From Candidatus Omnitrophota bacterium (GTDB lineage Bacteria > Omnitrophota > Gorgyraeia > JABMRN01 > RBG-13-46-9): a DNA stretch of 29,626 nucleotides. The translations under genes were made by a program, and so were the position numbers. Below the pieces are notes generated by a model. That model saw nothing but the letters and a program-made list of their open reading frames with translations, was not told the DNA's origin and ran no database searches. Position 1 is the first letter of the stretch, and each line of letters opens with the position of its first letter. Location: contig JABMQJ010000010.1 of NCBI GenBank assembly GCA_013203315.1, positions 1 to 29,626 of the forward strand. Direction: 5' to 3'. Shown piece after piece: positions 16,431 through 25,624 of this stretch.

Positions 16431-19127
16431 TTATTGCAGTACGCTACGCTGCCACTCTCGAAACCGGTCATACCACTCTCGATACCGGTCATACCACTTT
16501 CGATACTCTTCATACCACTCCGTGTACTTCCCCTCTTTATACCATTCCCACCGTTTTTGGTACAACTCGTTCAGCTGCCTACTCCACTCTTTCTGCTCTT
16601 CATTCCATTTATTCCACTCTAACCATTCTATGCCGCGCCTCCCATAATCCCACCAACCCCGATAGCTGTCATACACTCCTATCGGTCCCTGGGCGCCCAT
16701 ATCCTCTTCGCCTACCCACGCATCTCCGTACTCGCCTCCGTAAGCGCCCATTTGCGCTTTCTTAGCTTGTTCACTACTCACTTCATCCGGTATATCACTA
16801 TCTTGGTCATATCCGATTAACCAATCTGTATTGTCGAGTATTGGATCCAGGAGAAGACGAAAATCCTGCTCGTCAAAGGGGCCATTATCCCATGTATCAA
16901 AAGGCGGCGGTTTACTAATATTGCTACCCTCGGGGGTTGTGCCGTATAAATCCGAATCGCTAATGTTGTCATCCGGAATACCGTCTACGTGAGAACCCGT
17001 GCCCCAGACAATGTTGCTTTCTAATGTGGCGCGGGAGCCTGATCCTAGACTCCCTTCAACCCCGGAATTCACAAGCGTATTACTACGTATCGCCGCATCG
17101 CCCACATTATATTCCCACTCTCGCTGCCTCTCAGCGAAATGATCTCTCCATCCAACTTTCTTGTCAAGCGCTGCAAACTTATCTGTCGACGACCTAGTAG
17201 CAATAATACCATTGCCGGTATTGTTGTAAAATATGTTATTCAAGACACGGATCTCGCCCGGGTAGTCATATTGATAGACGAACTTTTCTCCTGTAAATCT
17301 CTGTTGGTCCTCTTTCAATATCGGATTGAACACAAGCTTAAAAGGCCTGTAGGTGTACGTGGAATGCCCCCCTCCGTTAAACCATACACCGGTTGTGTTG
17401 TCGTGAAAAAAGTTGTTTCTTATTATGCCTTTATTCGTATGAGTAGCGAATATTCCGCGCGTGCCCGCCATTATTTTATTGTGATAAATATCAACCGGCG
17501 CCATTGAATTATCCAGGTAGATACCGCTATAAGCGTTTTCTATTATGTTATTATGGATTAAGATGTTACTTGTATCCGTACCGCCTCTGGAATAAATCTG
17601 TATGCCGCGATCGTTTATGCGCTCGAAGCGATTATTATATATTTCATCAGTAATGCGTCCGCCGCCGTATCCGTAATGATTGATGTGTATACCCCTGTTT
17701 GTGTAGTGAAACCAGTTATCATGTATCGTTGTAACAATATCTGCGCTGCCGTAATATGAATCCTCATCTACCAAAAGATTCCACACGCTGCGGCGGTTGT
17801 AATAAAAAAGGTTGTTATAGATGTCTGAATTAATTTCTGCTCCTCGCGCGAATAGACGTAAGTAAACCACGTGATAGGTAGGATAATAATAAAAGGCGTT
17901 ATCGTTTATTTTGATTTGTGTGGTTTGCGGGTTATTGTATTGATATATATACGCGTAGAAAGTATAAATACCGGAGCTCTTTCCGTAAAAGTAGTTATCA
18001 TGCACGCGAAGATCGTCCGCGCCGTAAACAAAGAGGCCATTCCTGCAAGAAGATACTGTGCAGCCGGCAATCTCAACTTTTCGTTCGTTTCTCGCTCTGC
18101 GCTGGCCCGTGTAGTTCGGGAGAAAAATCCGCACCCCTCCGCCTGATTGGTAAAAATTTGTATTTAGAATATTAATATTGACTTGCTTACTGTTTACAAT
18201 AATACCGCCCCAAAGACGAATGGTCGATCTCCATCGTTTATAGTAATCCCAATAGTTATCCCCCGGGCGCCACTTCAACCGCTCCGGACGTAACCAGTAT
18301 ACCAGTACCTTGGCGCTTGATCCCGAGTCTTCACCTCCACATTGAAAATCACCTTCGGTGTATATCATGGTGCTGGTTCCCAAGTATAGGCGCGTGCCCG
18401 GATGTATCGCTAAACTTGTGTTGTCGGAAAAACAAACGAACATGTTTCTTACCTCGGCGGCCGAGCCGGAAAACGAGTGGTCACCCGTTACGACAAATAT
18501 GGTCTCGGGGGTATCGGAAGATTCGGTAACGCTACCAAGTGCAGTGGTTAAGTCCAGGTATGGAAACTGTTTTGTCCCGTCCGGCGCGCCTGAAACAGCC
18601 CTGGGATCAACATAAATCAGGTCCCAGCTCTCTTTCGAGGTAGCGGTGACTTTAGCGTAGAATAAGCCCTTCTTGCCATATGTGCTTCCCCCGGCCTTAG
18701 CTTGCCTGGGCTCATTCCAGAGTTCCATTTCTATGCTCCGGAAACGCTTGGTGAGCCTTTCCTCGTCAACACCCTTAAAAAGTTCTTTCGTTTCTATATC
18801 GCGAGCCAGGATAGCTGATTTCCTTTCGCCTTCCTGAAATATCAATTTTCCACCGCTCAGTGTATAAGTTCTTATGCGAGGGTAGGAATGAGAGTGCAGC
18901 TCGATCTTGGTAGGGCTTTCTACGACTATCCATGCGGAATTCGCGATATTCTCGTTTATATGGGCCAGGGCGAGCTGCGCGTCGAGTATGCTTTGAAACT
19001 GGGTCGAGGATTCCTTGATAAGCTTGGCGTGAAGCTGATAGAGGCTCCCTGCCGCCATTCCGATGACACTAAAAATTAAAGTGGCGATAAGGACTTCTAA
19101 AATCGTAAATGCTTTTTTTCTGCGCAT
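16431..19127 (-). CDS. Large pilin-like protein: prepilin N-terminus + right-handed beta-helix (putative adhesin or glycan-acting domain)
   Basis: KKA|FTILEVLIA; IYVD...DGTKQFPY motif; repeated IxNNxF/GI motifs; MGAYGG; W/Y/E/R-rich tail. Confidence 0.8.
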   Translation of the reverse strand: MRRKKAFTILEVLIATLIFSVIGMAAGSLYQLHAKLIKESSTQFQSILDAQLALAHINENIANSAWIVVESPTKIELHSHSYPRIRTYTLSGGKLIFQEGERKSAILARDIETKELFKGVDEERLTKRFRSIEMELWNEPRQAKAGGSTYGKKGLFYAKVTATSKESWDLIYVDPRAVSGAPDGTKQFPYLDLTTALGSVTESSDTPETIFVVTGDHSFSGSAAEVRNMFVCFSDNTSLAIHPGTRLYLGTSTMIYTEGDFQCGGEDSGSSAKVLVYWLRPERLKWRPGDNYWDYYKRWRSTIRLWGGIIVNSKQVNINILNTNFYQSGGGVRIFLPNYTGQRRARNERKVEIAGCTVSSCRNGLFVYGADDLRVHDNYFYGKSSGIYTFYAYIYQYNNPQTTQIKINDNAFYYYPTYHVVYLRLFARGAEINSDIYNNLFYYNRRSVWNLLVDEDSYYGSADIVTTIHDNWFHYTNRGIHINHYGYGGGRITDEIYNNRFERINDRGIQIYSRGGTDTSNILIHNNIIENAYSGIYLDNSMAPVDIYHNKIMAGTRGIFATHTNKGIIRNNFFHDNTTGVWFNGGGHSTYTYRPFKLVFNPILKEDQQRFTGEKFVYQYDYPGEIRVLNNIFYNNTGNGIIATRSSTDKFAALDKKVGWRDHFAERQREWEYNVGDAAIRSNTLVNSGVEGSLGSGSRATLESNIVWGTGSHVDGIPDDNISDSDLYGTTPEGSNISKPPPFDTWDNGPFDEQDFRLLLDPILDNTDWLIGYDQDSDIPDEVSSEQAKKAQMGAYGGEYGDAWVGEEDMGAQGPIGVYDSYRGWWDYGRRGIEWLEWNKWNEEQKEWSRQLNELYQKRWEWYKEGKYTEWYEEYRKWYDRYREWYDRFREWQRSVLQ
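16452..16519. repeat. 21-bp tandem repeat (about 3.2 copies) encoding WYxxxRx heptads
   Basis: CCACTCTCGAAACCGGTCATA / CCACTCTCGATACCGGTCATA / CCACTTTCGATACTCTTCATA / CCACT. Confidence 0.85.
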
Positions 19128-19157
19128 AACAATAATAAATAAATATAATTTGCTTAA

Positions 19158-19186
19158 AGTATATCATTATTATGTACTAAAAGCAA
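19158..19186 (-). promoter_or_regulatory. Putative sigma70 promoter for the minor pilin operon
   Basis: Minus strand TTGCTT-N17-TATACT with TGn extended -10. Confidence 0.55.
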
Positions 19187-19231
19187 GTTTGTGGGGGAAA
19201 TTAAGCGAAGAAAAGGTAAGCTTAAAACTTT

Positions 19232-21094
19232 TTATTTACCTAAAAAGCGCTTTCTCTCTGCGAGAAGGATGATGTTTCTGAGCTCTTCCGCGTCACGGGC
19301 ATCCAGCCAGCGCTTGTCGAATTCTTTACTTTGCGCTATTTCAGCGATTGCAGCAAGCGCCCTTAGGTGAAAATTACGCTCATCTTTGGAACCAATAAGC
19401 ATGAATACAACGTGCACTTTTGACTCTACGCCCGGGAATATTATTCCGCCCTTGCACCTTGCAAGCAGTATCCTGAACTTATGTTCTCCCTCGACAATGA
19501 TGTGAGGGATAGCAAGGCCGGGCCTTATAACAGTGCTTGAATCTTTTTCGCGTTCTATCAGTAAATCAAATACCGGGTCCCGGCCCATGCCAAGCTCTCC
19601 GGCAAGTTCATCGGCTGCCTTTCCAAAAAATTCTTCCATGCTGAGTGAATTTTTCAGATCAAGTATCTTCGCGTCATTTATTATTTTGTCGAATCTGTCT
19701 TCAACAATTTTATCCCGCTCGATTATAATTTCTTTAAGCTCTTCCGGCAAAGTAGCCCCAACCAGTTCCTTGGCGGTAATCCTCTCTATGACATGTACGA
19801 GCGCCGCTTCACGCTTTGCCCCACGCCTTGCGTAAACCAGGTACCACAAAAGAGCGCACGCAATAAAACATGCGGTTATTGTAAGCGGCGCCTTTCCCAT
19901 TTCAAAAATAAGAAATCCATATCCTATAATACCCAGTATCTGAATCCACGGGTAAAACGGGGATCGAAATTTCGGTTGGTAGCTTTGGATTTTACTTTCC
20001 CGCATTACAATAAGCGAGAGATTCGCAAATATAAATAATAGAATCATAAGGGTAGACGCGGTTTTCACAAGATTTTCCAGGCTTAAAAATAATATAATGA
20101 TTATCATAAACGCGGTTGTGCAGATTATGGAAAAATGAGGTGTTTTAAATCTTGTGTTTACTCGTTTAAAAAAATGCGGCAAGAGAAAATCCCTGCTCAT
20201 TGCCAGGGAATCGCGCGAGGCTGAGAGGATGCCTGCGTTGGCCGTCGAGGTGAAAGCCAGTACAGCACAGACGGCGAGTAGTATGATTCCGAAACTCCCC
20301 GCAAATACGCCGGCCCCGGCTGAAATCGGCGCAAGCGTGCTTGAAAGCGTGCCGGGATCAAGGAGTCCTACCGTTACGAAAGTAACCGCGGCGTAAAGCA
20401 TCATTACGACAAAAAAAGCAAGAAACATTCCAAGCGGTATATTGCGCCCCGGGTTTTTTACTTCTTCCGCAACGCAGCACACTTTGGTTAAGCCCCCGAA
20501 TGAAACAAAGACAAGGCCCGCCGTAGCAAAAATGGAGCCCGCCCCATACGGCGCGAAGGGAACATATCTCTGGGGCTCGATAAATAAAAAACCGCGAACT
20601 ACGTAAAAGACAAGTATTGAGATAAGAAAAAGAACAAGCGCTATCTGCAGTCGACCGGCTTCTTTGGCGCCGAGAATATTGATAATCATGAAAAAGAGGC
20701 AAAATCCCACGGCAATGAGCTTTATCTGCATTTCCGTAATTCCGGGATTAATGAGCGTGGCAAATATACCTATTCCGAGAAGCGCAAAGGCGCTTTTGAA
20801 ACTTAGGGAAAACCAGCTGGCAAGTCCGCCTATTGTCCCCGCGGGGGCGCCCATGCTTCTTTCGATGAAAAAATAAACCCCTCCCGCTTTCGGCATGGCA
20901 GTGGCAAGTTCCGCTTTTGCGAGCACGGCCGGCAGGACAAGAATTCCGGCTAAGATGTAGGCAAAGATAACGCTCGGCCCTGTTTTCGCGTAGGCGATGG
21001 CCGGTAAAATAAAAAGTCCGGAGCTAATCATCGCTCCGGACGCTATGCAAAAAATATCTAAAAGACCGAGATCTCTTTTTAATTTCTGCGGCAT
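19232..21094 (-). CDS. APC-family permease fused to C-terminal PTS EIIA (Fru/Ntr-type) domain
   Basis: GAMISSGLFILP, AELATAMPKAGG and AEEVKNPGRNIP with about 12 TM segments; C-terminal REKDSSTVIRPGLAIPH. Confidence 0.88.
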   Translation of the reverse strand: MPQKLKRDLGLLDIFCIASGAMISSGLFILPAIAYAKTGPSVIFAYILAGILVLPAVLAKAELATAMPKAGGVYFFIERSMGAPAGTIGGLASWFSLSFKSAFALLGIGIFATLINPGITEMQIKLIAVGFCLFFMIINILGAKEAGRLQIALVLFLISILVFYVVRGFLFIEPQRYVPFAPYGAGSIFATAGLVFVSFGGLTKVCCVAEEVKNPGRNIPLGMFLAFFVVMMLYAAVTFVTVGLLDPGTLSSTLAPISAGAGVFAGSFGIILLAVCAVLAFTSTANAGILSASRDSLAMSRDFLLPHFFKRVNTRFKTPHFSIICTTAFMIIIILFLSLENLVKTASTLMILLFIFANLSLIVMRESKIQSYQPKFRSPFYPWIQILGIIGYGFLIFEMGKAPLTITACFIACALLWYLVYARRGAKREAALVHVIERITAKELVGATLPEELKEIIIERDKIVEDRFDKIINDAKILDLKNSLSMEEFFGKAADELAGELGMGRDPVFDLLIEREKDSSTVIRPGLAIPHIIVEGEHKFRILLARCKGGIIFPGVESKVHVVFMLIGSKDERNFHLRALAAIAEIAQSKEFDKRWLDARDAEELRNIILLAERKRFLGK

Positions 21095-21112
21095 GGTTTT
21101 AGGTTCAACCTC

Positions 21113-22030
21113 TTACCAGCTTTTTACAAAGTCTTTCAAGTTAACGAGGCGCTCTGCCCTTAGACTGCTTAGAATTTGTTTCACGCAGGTTTCGGGATCC
21201 TGATTTTCCGTGTCGACTACGATATCGGCGCTATCGGGTTCTTCGAAAGGAGCCGAAACTCCGGTAAATTCCTTTATCTCACCAAGCCTTGCACGTTTAT
21301 ACATGCCCTTAACGTCTCTTTCCTCGCAGGTCTCGAGACTGCATTTAAGATAAACGAGTTTGAAATCTCCGATAGTCTCTTTAATCATACGCCTATATTC
21401 ATTGGTAGGAGATACGAAGCTTGCGATTACAAAATTTCCGTTTTCGTTGAAAAGTTTCGCGACGTGAGCAATGCGGCGCAGATTTTCCTTTCTGTCTTCT
21501 ACGGAAAATCCTAAATCTTTGTTTAATTTGCCGCGGACATCGTCACCGTCTAAATGCACGGCTTTGTAGCCACGGTTATCCAGTTCTTCCTTCAGTCTTT
21601 TCGCAAGCGTTGTCTTGCCGGAACACGGAAGGCCCGTTAACCACACCGTCGTGCGTAAAGTCTTTATGTATTCTGTTACTTCGGGCGGAACGTTACTATC
21701 TTCTCCGGCTCGTACTTTTGTTCCGGAAATTTTTCCGATATCCGCCGGTGGGTCTACCCTGTTCACGTCGTAGCCTACTTTTCTTCCTATGTTGATGCTT
21801 TTTATATCGGGGATTACTATGATTTCGACTTTATCGCCGTAAACCCTTCTAATCATCTCGGCGCATTGCTCGGTTGTATAAGGATTTTTTTCGGAAATTT
21901 CCGTATTTCTTATCGCAACGCAGACATTCTCGCCTTCGGTTAAGGCGCGGTCTATCAAGAATTTGTGTCCGTTATGAAATGGCTGCCATCTGCCGATAAA
22001 TAAAGCAAATCTCTTGTGCGCATTGTACAT
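21113..22030 (-). CDS. cysC: Adenylyl-sulfate kinase fused to N-terminal HxGH nucleotidyltransferase domain
   Basis: N-terminal GRWQPFHNGH...ISGTKVR; C-terminal WLTGLPCSGKTT, LDGDDVR, RDVKGMY and FTGVSAPFEEP. Confidence 0.9.
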   Translation of the reverse strand: MYNAHKRFALFIGRWQPFHNGHKFLIDRALTEGENVCVAIRNTEISEKNPYTTEQCAEMIRRVYGDKVEIIVIPDIKSINIGRKVGYDVNRVDPPADIGKISGTKVRAGEDSNVPPEVTEYIKTLRTTVWLTGLPCSGKTTLAKRLKEELDNRGYKAVHLDGDDVRGKLNKDLGFSVEDRKENLRRIAHVAKLFNENGNFVIASFVSPTNEYRRMIKETIGDFKLVYLKCSLETCEERDVKGMYKRARLGEIKEFTGVSAPFEEPDSADIVVDTENQDPETCVKQILSSLRAERLVNLKDFVKSW

Positions 22031-22073
22031 GTCCTATTCCTCCTGTAGTCAGCTGTAATTAAATAAGGGAAGT

Positions 22074-22101
22074 ATTATACCATAAATACAAAAAATGTGA
22101 A
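22074..22101 (-). promoter_or_regulatory. Putative sigma70 promoter for cysC-permease
   Basis: Minus strand TTCACA-N16-TATAAT with TGn extended -10. Confidence 0.5.
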
Positions 22102-22123
22102 GAAGGAAAATTGGGGAGGTTTC

Positions 22124-23149
22124 CTATTTCTGCGGTTCGATGATTACCTTGATGGATTCACCGGCTTCGGCTACGAGACGGAACCCAACGCCAGCCTCTT
22201 TTAAGCTGAGCCGGTGCGTAATCAGTTTGCGTACGGGTATGTGGCCTTTGTGAATTAACTCCAGCGCTCTTGCGTTATCCAGTGGCGCGCTTCCGTATGA
22301 AGTCATTAGTTTTATTTCTTTGCGCCAGAATTCATTGACCGGAACCGGCAATTCGACGCCGGGGTCGGTAGCTGCGAAAAATAAAACTGTGCCTCCACGA
22401 TCCACGCACTGCAGGGCTTGCTTGAAAGCAGAAAATGCCCCGGTGCATACGATCACAAGGTCTGCAAGTTTTCCGTTATTAATTTTGCGTAAGGAATTGA
22501 GAATATCGTCCTTGGCATTAAGGCTTGCGTCGGCACCTAAATCTTTTGCCATTTTCAGGCGATATTTATTGACGTCTGTAGTAATGATTTTACCGGCGCC
22601 GGAGTGGCGAGCGAGTAGCAGGTGGAGTAATCCTGAAATGCCACTTCCGAGAATAAGTAGAGTCTGGCCCGGTTTTAGCCCGGCTAATCTCTCTCCCCGG
22701 ACAACGCAACCAAGCGGCTCGATAAACGTCCCTTCTTCAAATAAAACTTCTTTCGGCAGTAAAAATACACCGCACTCCACGTTTATCTTCGGAACACGTA
22801 TATATTCGGCAAATCCGCCGGGAAAAAAGTTTGTCGCATGTAAAGTCTCGCATGCGGTATGGTGATCATTCACGCAGTAATGGCAGGTATTGCACGGAAC
22901 GTGGTGAGAAACAAAAACCCTATCGCCTATCTTATAACGCTCTTCACCCTCCCCCACACCTACAATTTCTCCGGCAATTTCATGCCCGAGGACAATAGGC
23001 GCTTTTTTAACGCGATACCATTCGAGAACGTCGCTACCGCAGATACCGCTTGCTATTACTTTAACCAGTAGTTCGCCGGGGCCGATCGTTGGTTTTGCTG
23101 CTTCCTCAAGCCGGACATCGCTATTTTTGTAGTACGTCGCTACGCGCAT
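22124..23149 (-). CDS. Zinc-dependent alcohol/polyol dehydrogenase (MDR family)
   Basis: GICGSD, GHE, CxxCxxC...C and GSGISG motifs. Confidence 0.9.
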   Translation of the reverse strand: MRVATYYKNSDVRLEEAAKPTIGPGELLVKVIASGICGSDVLEWYRVKKAPIVLGHEIAGEIVGVGEGEERYKIGDRVFVSHHVPCNTCHYCVNDHHTACETLHATNFFPGGFAEYIRVPKINVECGVFLLPKEVLFEEGTFIEPLGCVVRGERLAGLKPGQTLLILGSGISGLLHLLLARHSGAGKIITTDVNKYRLKMAKDLGADASLNAKDDILNSLRKINNGKLADLVIVCTGAFSAFKQALQCVDRGGTVLFFAATDPGVELPVPVNEFWRKEIKLMTSYGSAPLDNARALELIHKGHIPVRKLITHRLSLKEAGVGFRLVAEAGESIKVIIEPQK

Positions 23150-23946
23150 GTCCTTACGCTACTCTTTGTTTCATTAAATAACTCGTATGCTTCTTTAGCA
23201 GTCGCTTTTTTGTGGATAATTGCCTGCAAGGCCCGAGCCATGCCAACAGGGTTTGGATTCTGCCAAACATTTCTTCCTAAATTTATCCCTATGGCGCCTT
23301 TTTGCATGCCGTCGCAAACGAAATCAAACACTTCAAGCTCTGTTTTGCATTTCGGGCCGCCCGCCATAACTACGGGAACCGGACAACCGTTTACAACCTT
23401 GTCAAAATCCTTATCACACCAGTAGGTTTTTACAACACGCGCTCCGAGTTCTGCGGCGATACGGCAAGCCAAGCCAAGATACCTGGCATCGCGCTTGCCC
23501 ATTTCTTTACCCACAGCCGTAACAGCCATTACAGGGATCCCGTAATTCTCGCACTCATTGACAAGTTTACTGAGATTTGAAAGCGTTTCCTTTTCGTAAT
23601 TACTTCCAACGAAAATAGAAATGCCGACAGCCGCTACGTTGAGCCTAATAATTTCCTCGATAGAAGTTGTGATAACTTCATTCGCCAGATCCTTACCCAC
23701 TACGCTTGTGCCACCGGATACGCGTAAAATTATGGGCTTACTGTTTGCCGGATCCACGCATGAACGAAGCACCCCTCTTGTGACGAAAAGTGCGTCGCAG
23801 AAAGGCAAAAGCGGTTTTATGGTTTCGCCGGGTTTCTCCAAAGAGCTCGTCGGCCCCTGAAAATACCCGTGATCAATCGGCATAAAAAAACAATGTCCGT
23901 CGGGTTGAATAAGTCTGCTCAAACGATTTTTTATTCCCCAATCCAT
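23140..23946 (-). CDS. lsrF: LsrF-type class I aldolase/thiolase
   Basis: MDWGIKNRL, DHGYFQGPT, AAELGARVVKTY, AGGPK and GRNVWQ motifs. Confidence 0.88.
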   Translation of the reverse strand: MDWGIKNRLSRLIQPDGHCFFMPIDHGYFQGPTSSLEKPGETIKPLLPFCDALFVTRGVLRSCVDPANSKPIILRVSGGTSVVGKDLANEVITTSIEEIIRLNVAAVGISIFVGSNYEKETLSNLSKLVNECENYGIPVMAVTAVGKEMGKRDARYLGLACRIAAELGARVVKTYWCDKDFDKVVNGCPVPVVMAGGPKCKTELEVFDFVCDGMQKGAIGINLGRNVWQNPNPVGMARALQAIIHKKATAKEAYELFNETKSSVRTCA

Positions 23947-24153
23947 TTTATTTTCCTCCTTATTTTTGTCTCCGGAACCGGAGCCCTATAGCCTAATAAG
24001 CTATGTGGCCTAAACGTATTATATTCTATTCTCCGGCGTTCCACAAGCACTTTTGCCTCAATCTAGTGACTTTGAACTTTTTCCTTGCCATCTTAGGCCC
24101 TTTTCTACTACCATACTATAATACAAACTTTGGTTATGAAATGCGAATCAGAA

Positions 24154-24566
24154 ATGAAAAAAACAGAACTACATAAATTCTCAAACACGCACTACGTCCC
24201 CGGAAGCAGGGCAAAAAGAATCCTCTGGCTGGTGTCAAGTATCGTGTTTTTCAAGTCTTCTGTTCCCTACCCGTATATTTTTAAACTTTTTATTCTGCGG
24301 CTTTTTGGCGCAAAAGTAGGCAAAAATATTGTTATAAAGTCTTCAAATTAATATTAAATATCCATGGTTTCTGGAGATAGGAACCAATGTCTGGATAGGC
24401 GAAGGCGCCTGGATAGGCGCCAGATACGTTGTTTGCCCGGGTGTTAAGGTGCGGCAATCATTCTGTTTTAACCGCGGGGTCAGTGGCGACGCATGATTTG
24501 GAACCGTACAAAATTTATCAGGGAAATCCGGCTACCTATAAAAGAAACAGGGTTATTAAAGATTAA
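24154..24566 (+). pseudogene. wcaF: WcaF-like exopolysaccharide acetyltransferase pseudogene
   Basis: Three frame segments: ...LRLFGAKVGKNIVIKS / INIKYPWFLEIGTNVWIGEGAWIGARYVVCPGVKV / GNHSVLTAGSVATHDLEPYKIYQGNPA...*. Two frameshifts, and the middle hexapeptide region is missing. Confidence 0.85.
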
Positions 24567-24652
24567 AAAGAGCCCGTTCTTCCAACCTGTTTAATTTAAA
24601 ATCGTTAAATCCATTTTGTTTTAGAAATTCTTTCGGATGGAAAAACAGTGAA

Positions 24653-25288
24653 TTATTCAGTATCTTTATAAGCAATTATATGCGCTGCCAGCGGTAGAAA
24701 CATCCTTGGCATTAATTCACGTATTGGTTGCGCAAGAGGAAATTTAGTTTTATTGATTATGCGCACTAGCAAATTTGTAGGATTTCCAAAACCAACCCCG
24801 ATAATTTTGTAACCTCTTTTATGAAAATAAGTCCGGGGAAAATAGCTTTTATGAGCTTCGAATTCATTATATCCCCCGATTTGATTCAAGCCACCTCGAA
24901 AAAAAGGCCAGTTTGGCACTGATATGATAATTCTTTTTTTTGCGGCTTTTTCAAGAATATTAATAACCTCTTCTGCCTTATCCTGTTCTATATGCTCTAT
25001 AAACTCAATTGCCAAAACAGTATCCCATACATCCTGTAAAGGCGAAGGCATTACCTGATGCCACACTTTGCGATAGCAATTACGTTGAGAACTAAGTTTT
25101 ACATTTGGCGGAAAAGCATCAAACCCGTCAACATACTGGTGCTCGGTAGTCAATCCGGCTTCAAATGAATTGCATTGAATAAGGCAACCCCAACGTCCAT
25201 AGCCGCAGCCGGCATCAAGTATAGTTTTGGTATCTCTGTGGATCAGTGGTACAACAATCGGGTCTAAATAGCAAGGGGAAGAACTCAT
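24653..25288 (-). CDS. Class I SAM-dependent methyltransferase
   Basis: ILDAGCGYG motif I, EFIEH, ISVPN. Confidence 0.85.
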   Translation of the reverse strand: MSSSPCYLDPIVVPLIHRDTKTILDAGCGYGRWGCLIQCNSFEAGLTTEHQYVDGFDAFPPNVKLSSQRNCYRKVWHQVMPSPLQDVWDTVLAIEFIEHIEQDKAEEVINILEKAAKKRIIISVPNWPFFRGGLNQIGGYNEFEAHKSYFPRTYFHKRGYKIIGVGFGNPTNLLVRIINKTKFPLAQPIRELMPRMFLPLAAHIIAYKDTE

Positions 25289-25469
25289 TTATTAAACCCT
25301 TTTTGTTTTGACAATGTCATCTGCATATTTTTATTCAATCTATTCTTACCTCTTATTCAGACACTACCCATCAATTCAAAATACCCGTTTCACCACGCTT
25401 TAGCATTATAATCTCGCTATTTCACATTGCGATTAACAGGCTCCGGATAAATACGACTAATCGGTAAAC

Positions 25470-25581
25470 AAGTTATAACACAAGTGGTTTATTGTCAAGG
25501 GATTAGATAGTCTCGTTGTTACCCGATTGTTCCCGATGCTTCCCATTGTTTTGGGGTTGGATGGGCACCATCTGGGTACTA
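25470..25581 (-). repeat. Partial copy (R0) of the 168-bp cassette-junction element, lacking the tRNA core
   Basis: AAGTTA-N17-TGTCAAGGGATTA, then TGGGCACCA-tc-TGGGTACTA starting 69 bp after TGTCAA, the same offset as in the full copies. Confidence 0.75.
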
Positions 25582-25624
25582 AAAAATTTATAATTATAAT
25601 TGCAAATAAATTTCTGATTTGTTA

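Noticed and set aside
1134-23860. Numerous plus-strand ORFs (for example 3605-4135, 6463-7014, 7973-8671, 16421-16765)
   Set aside because: Antisense shadows of well-supported minus-strand genes with no recognisable motifs.
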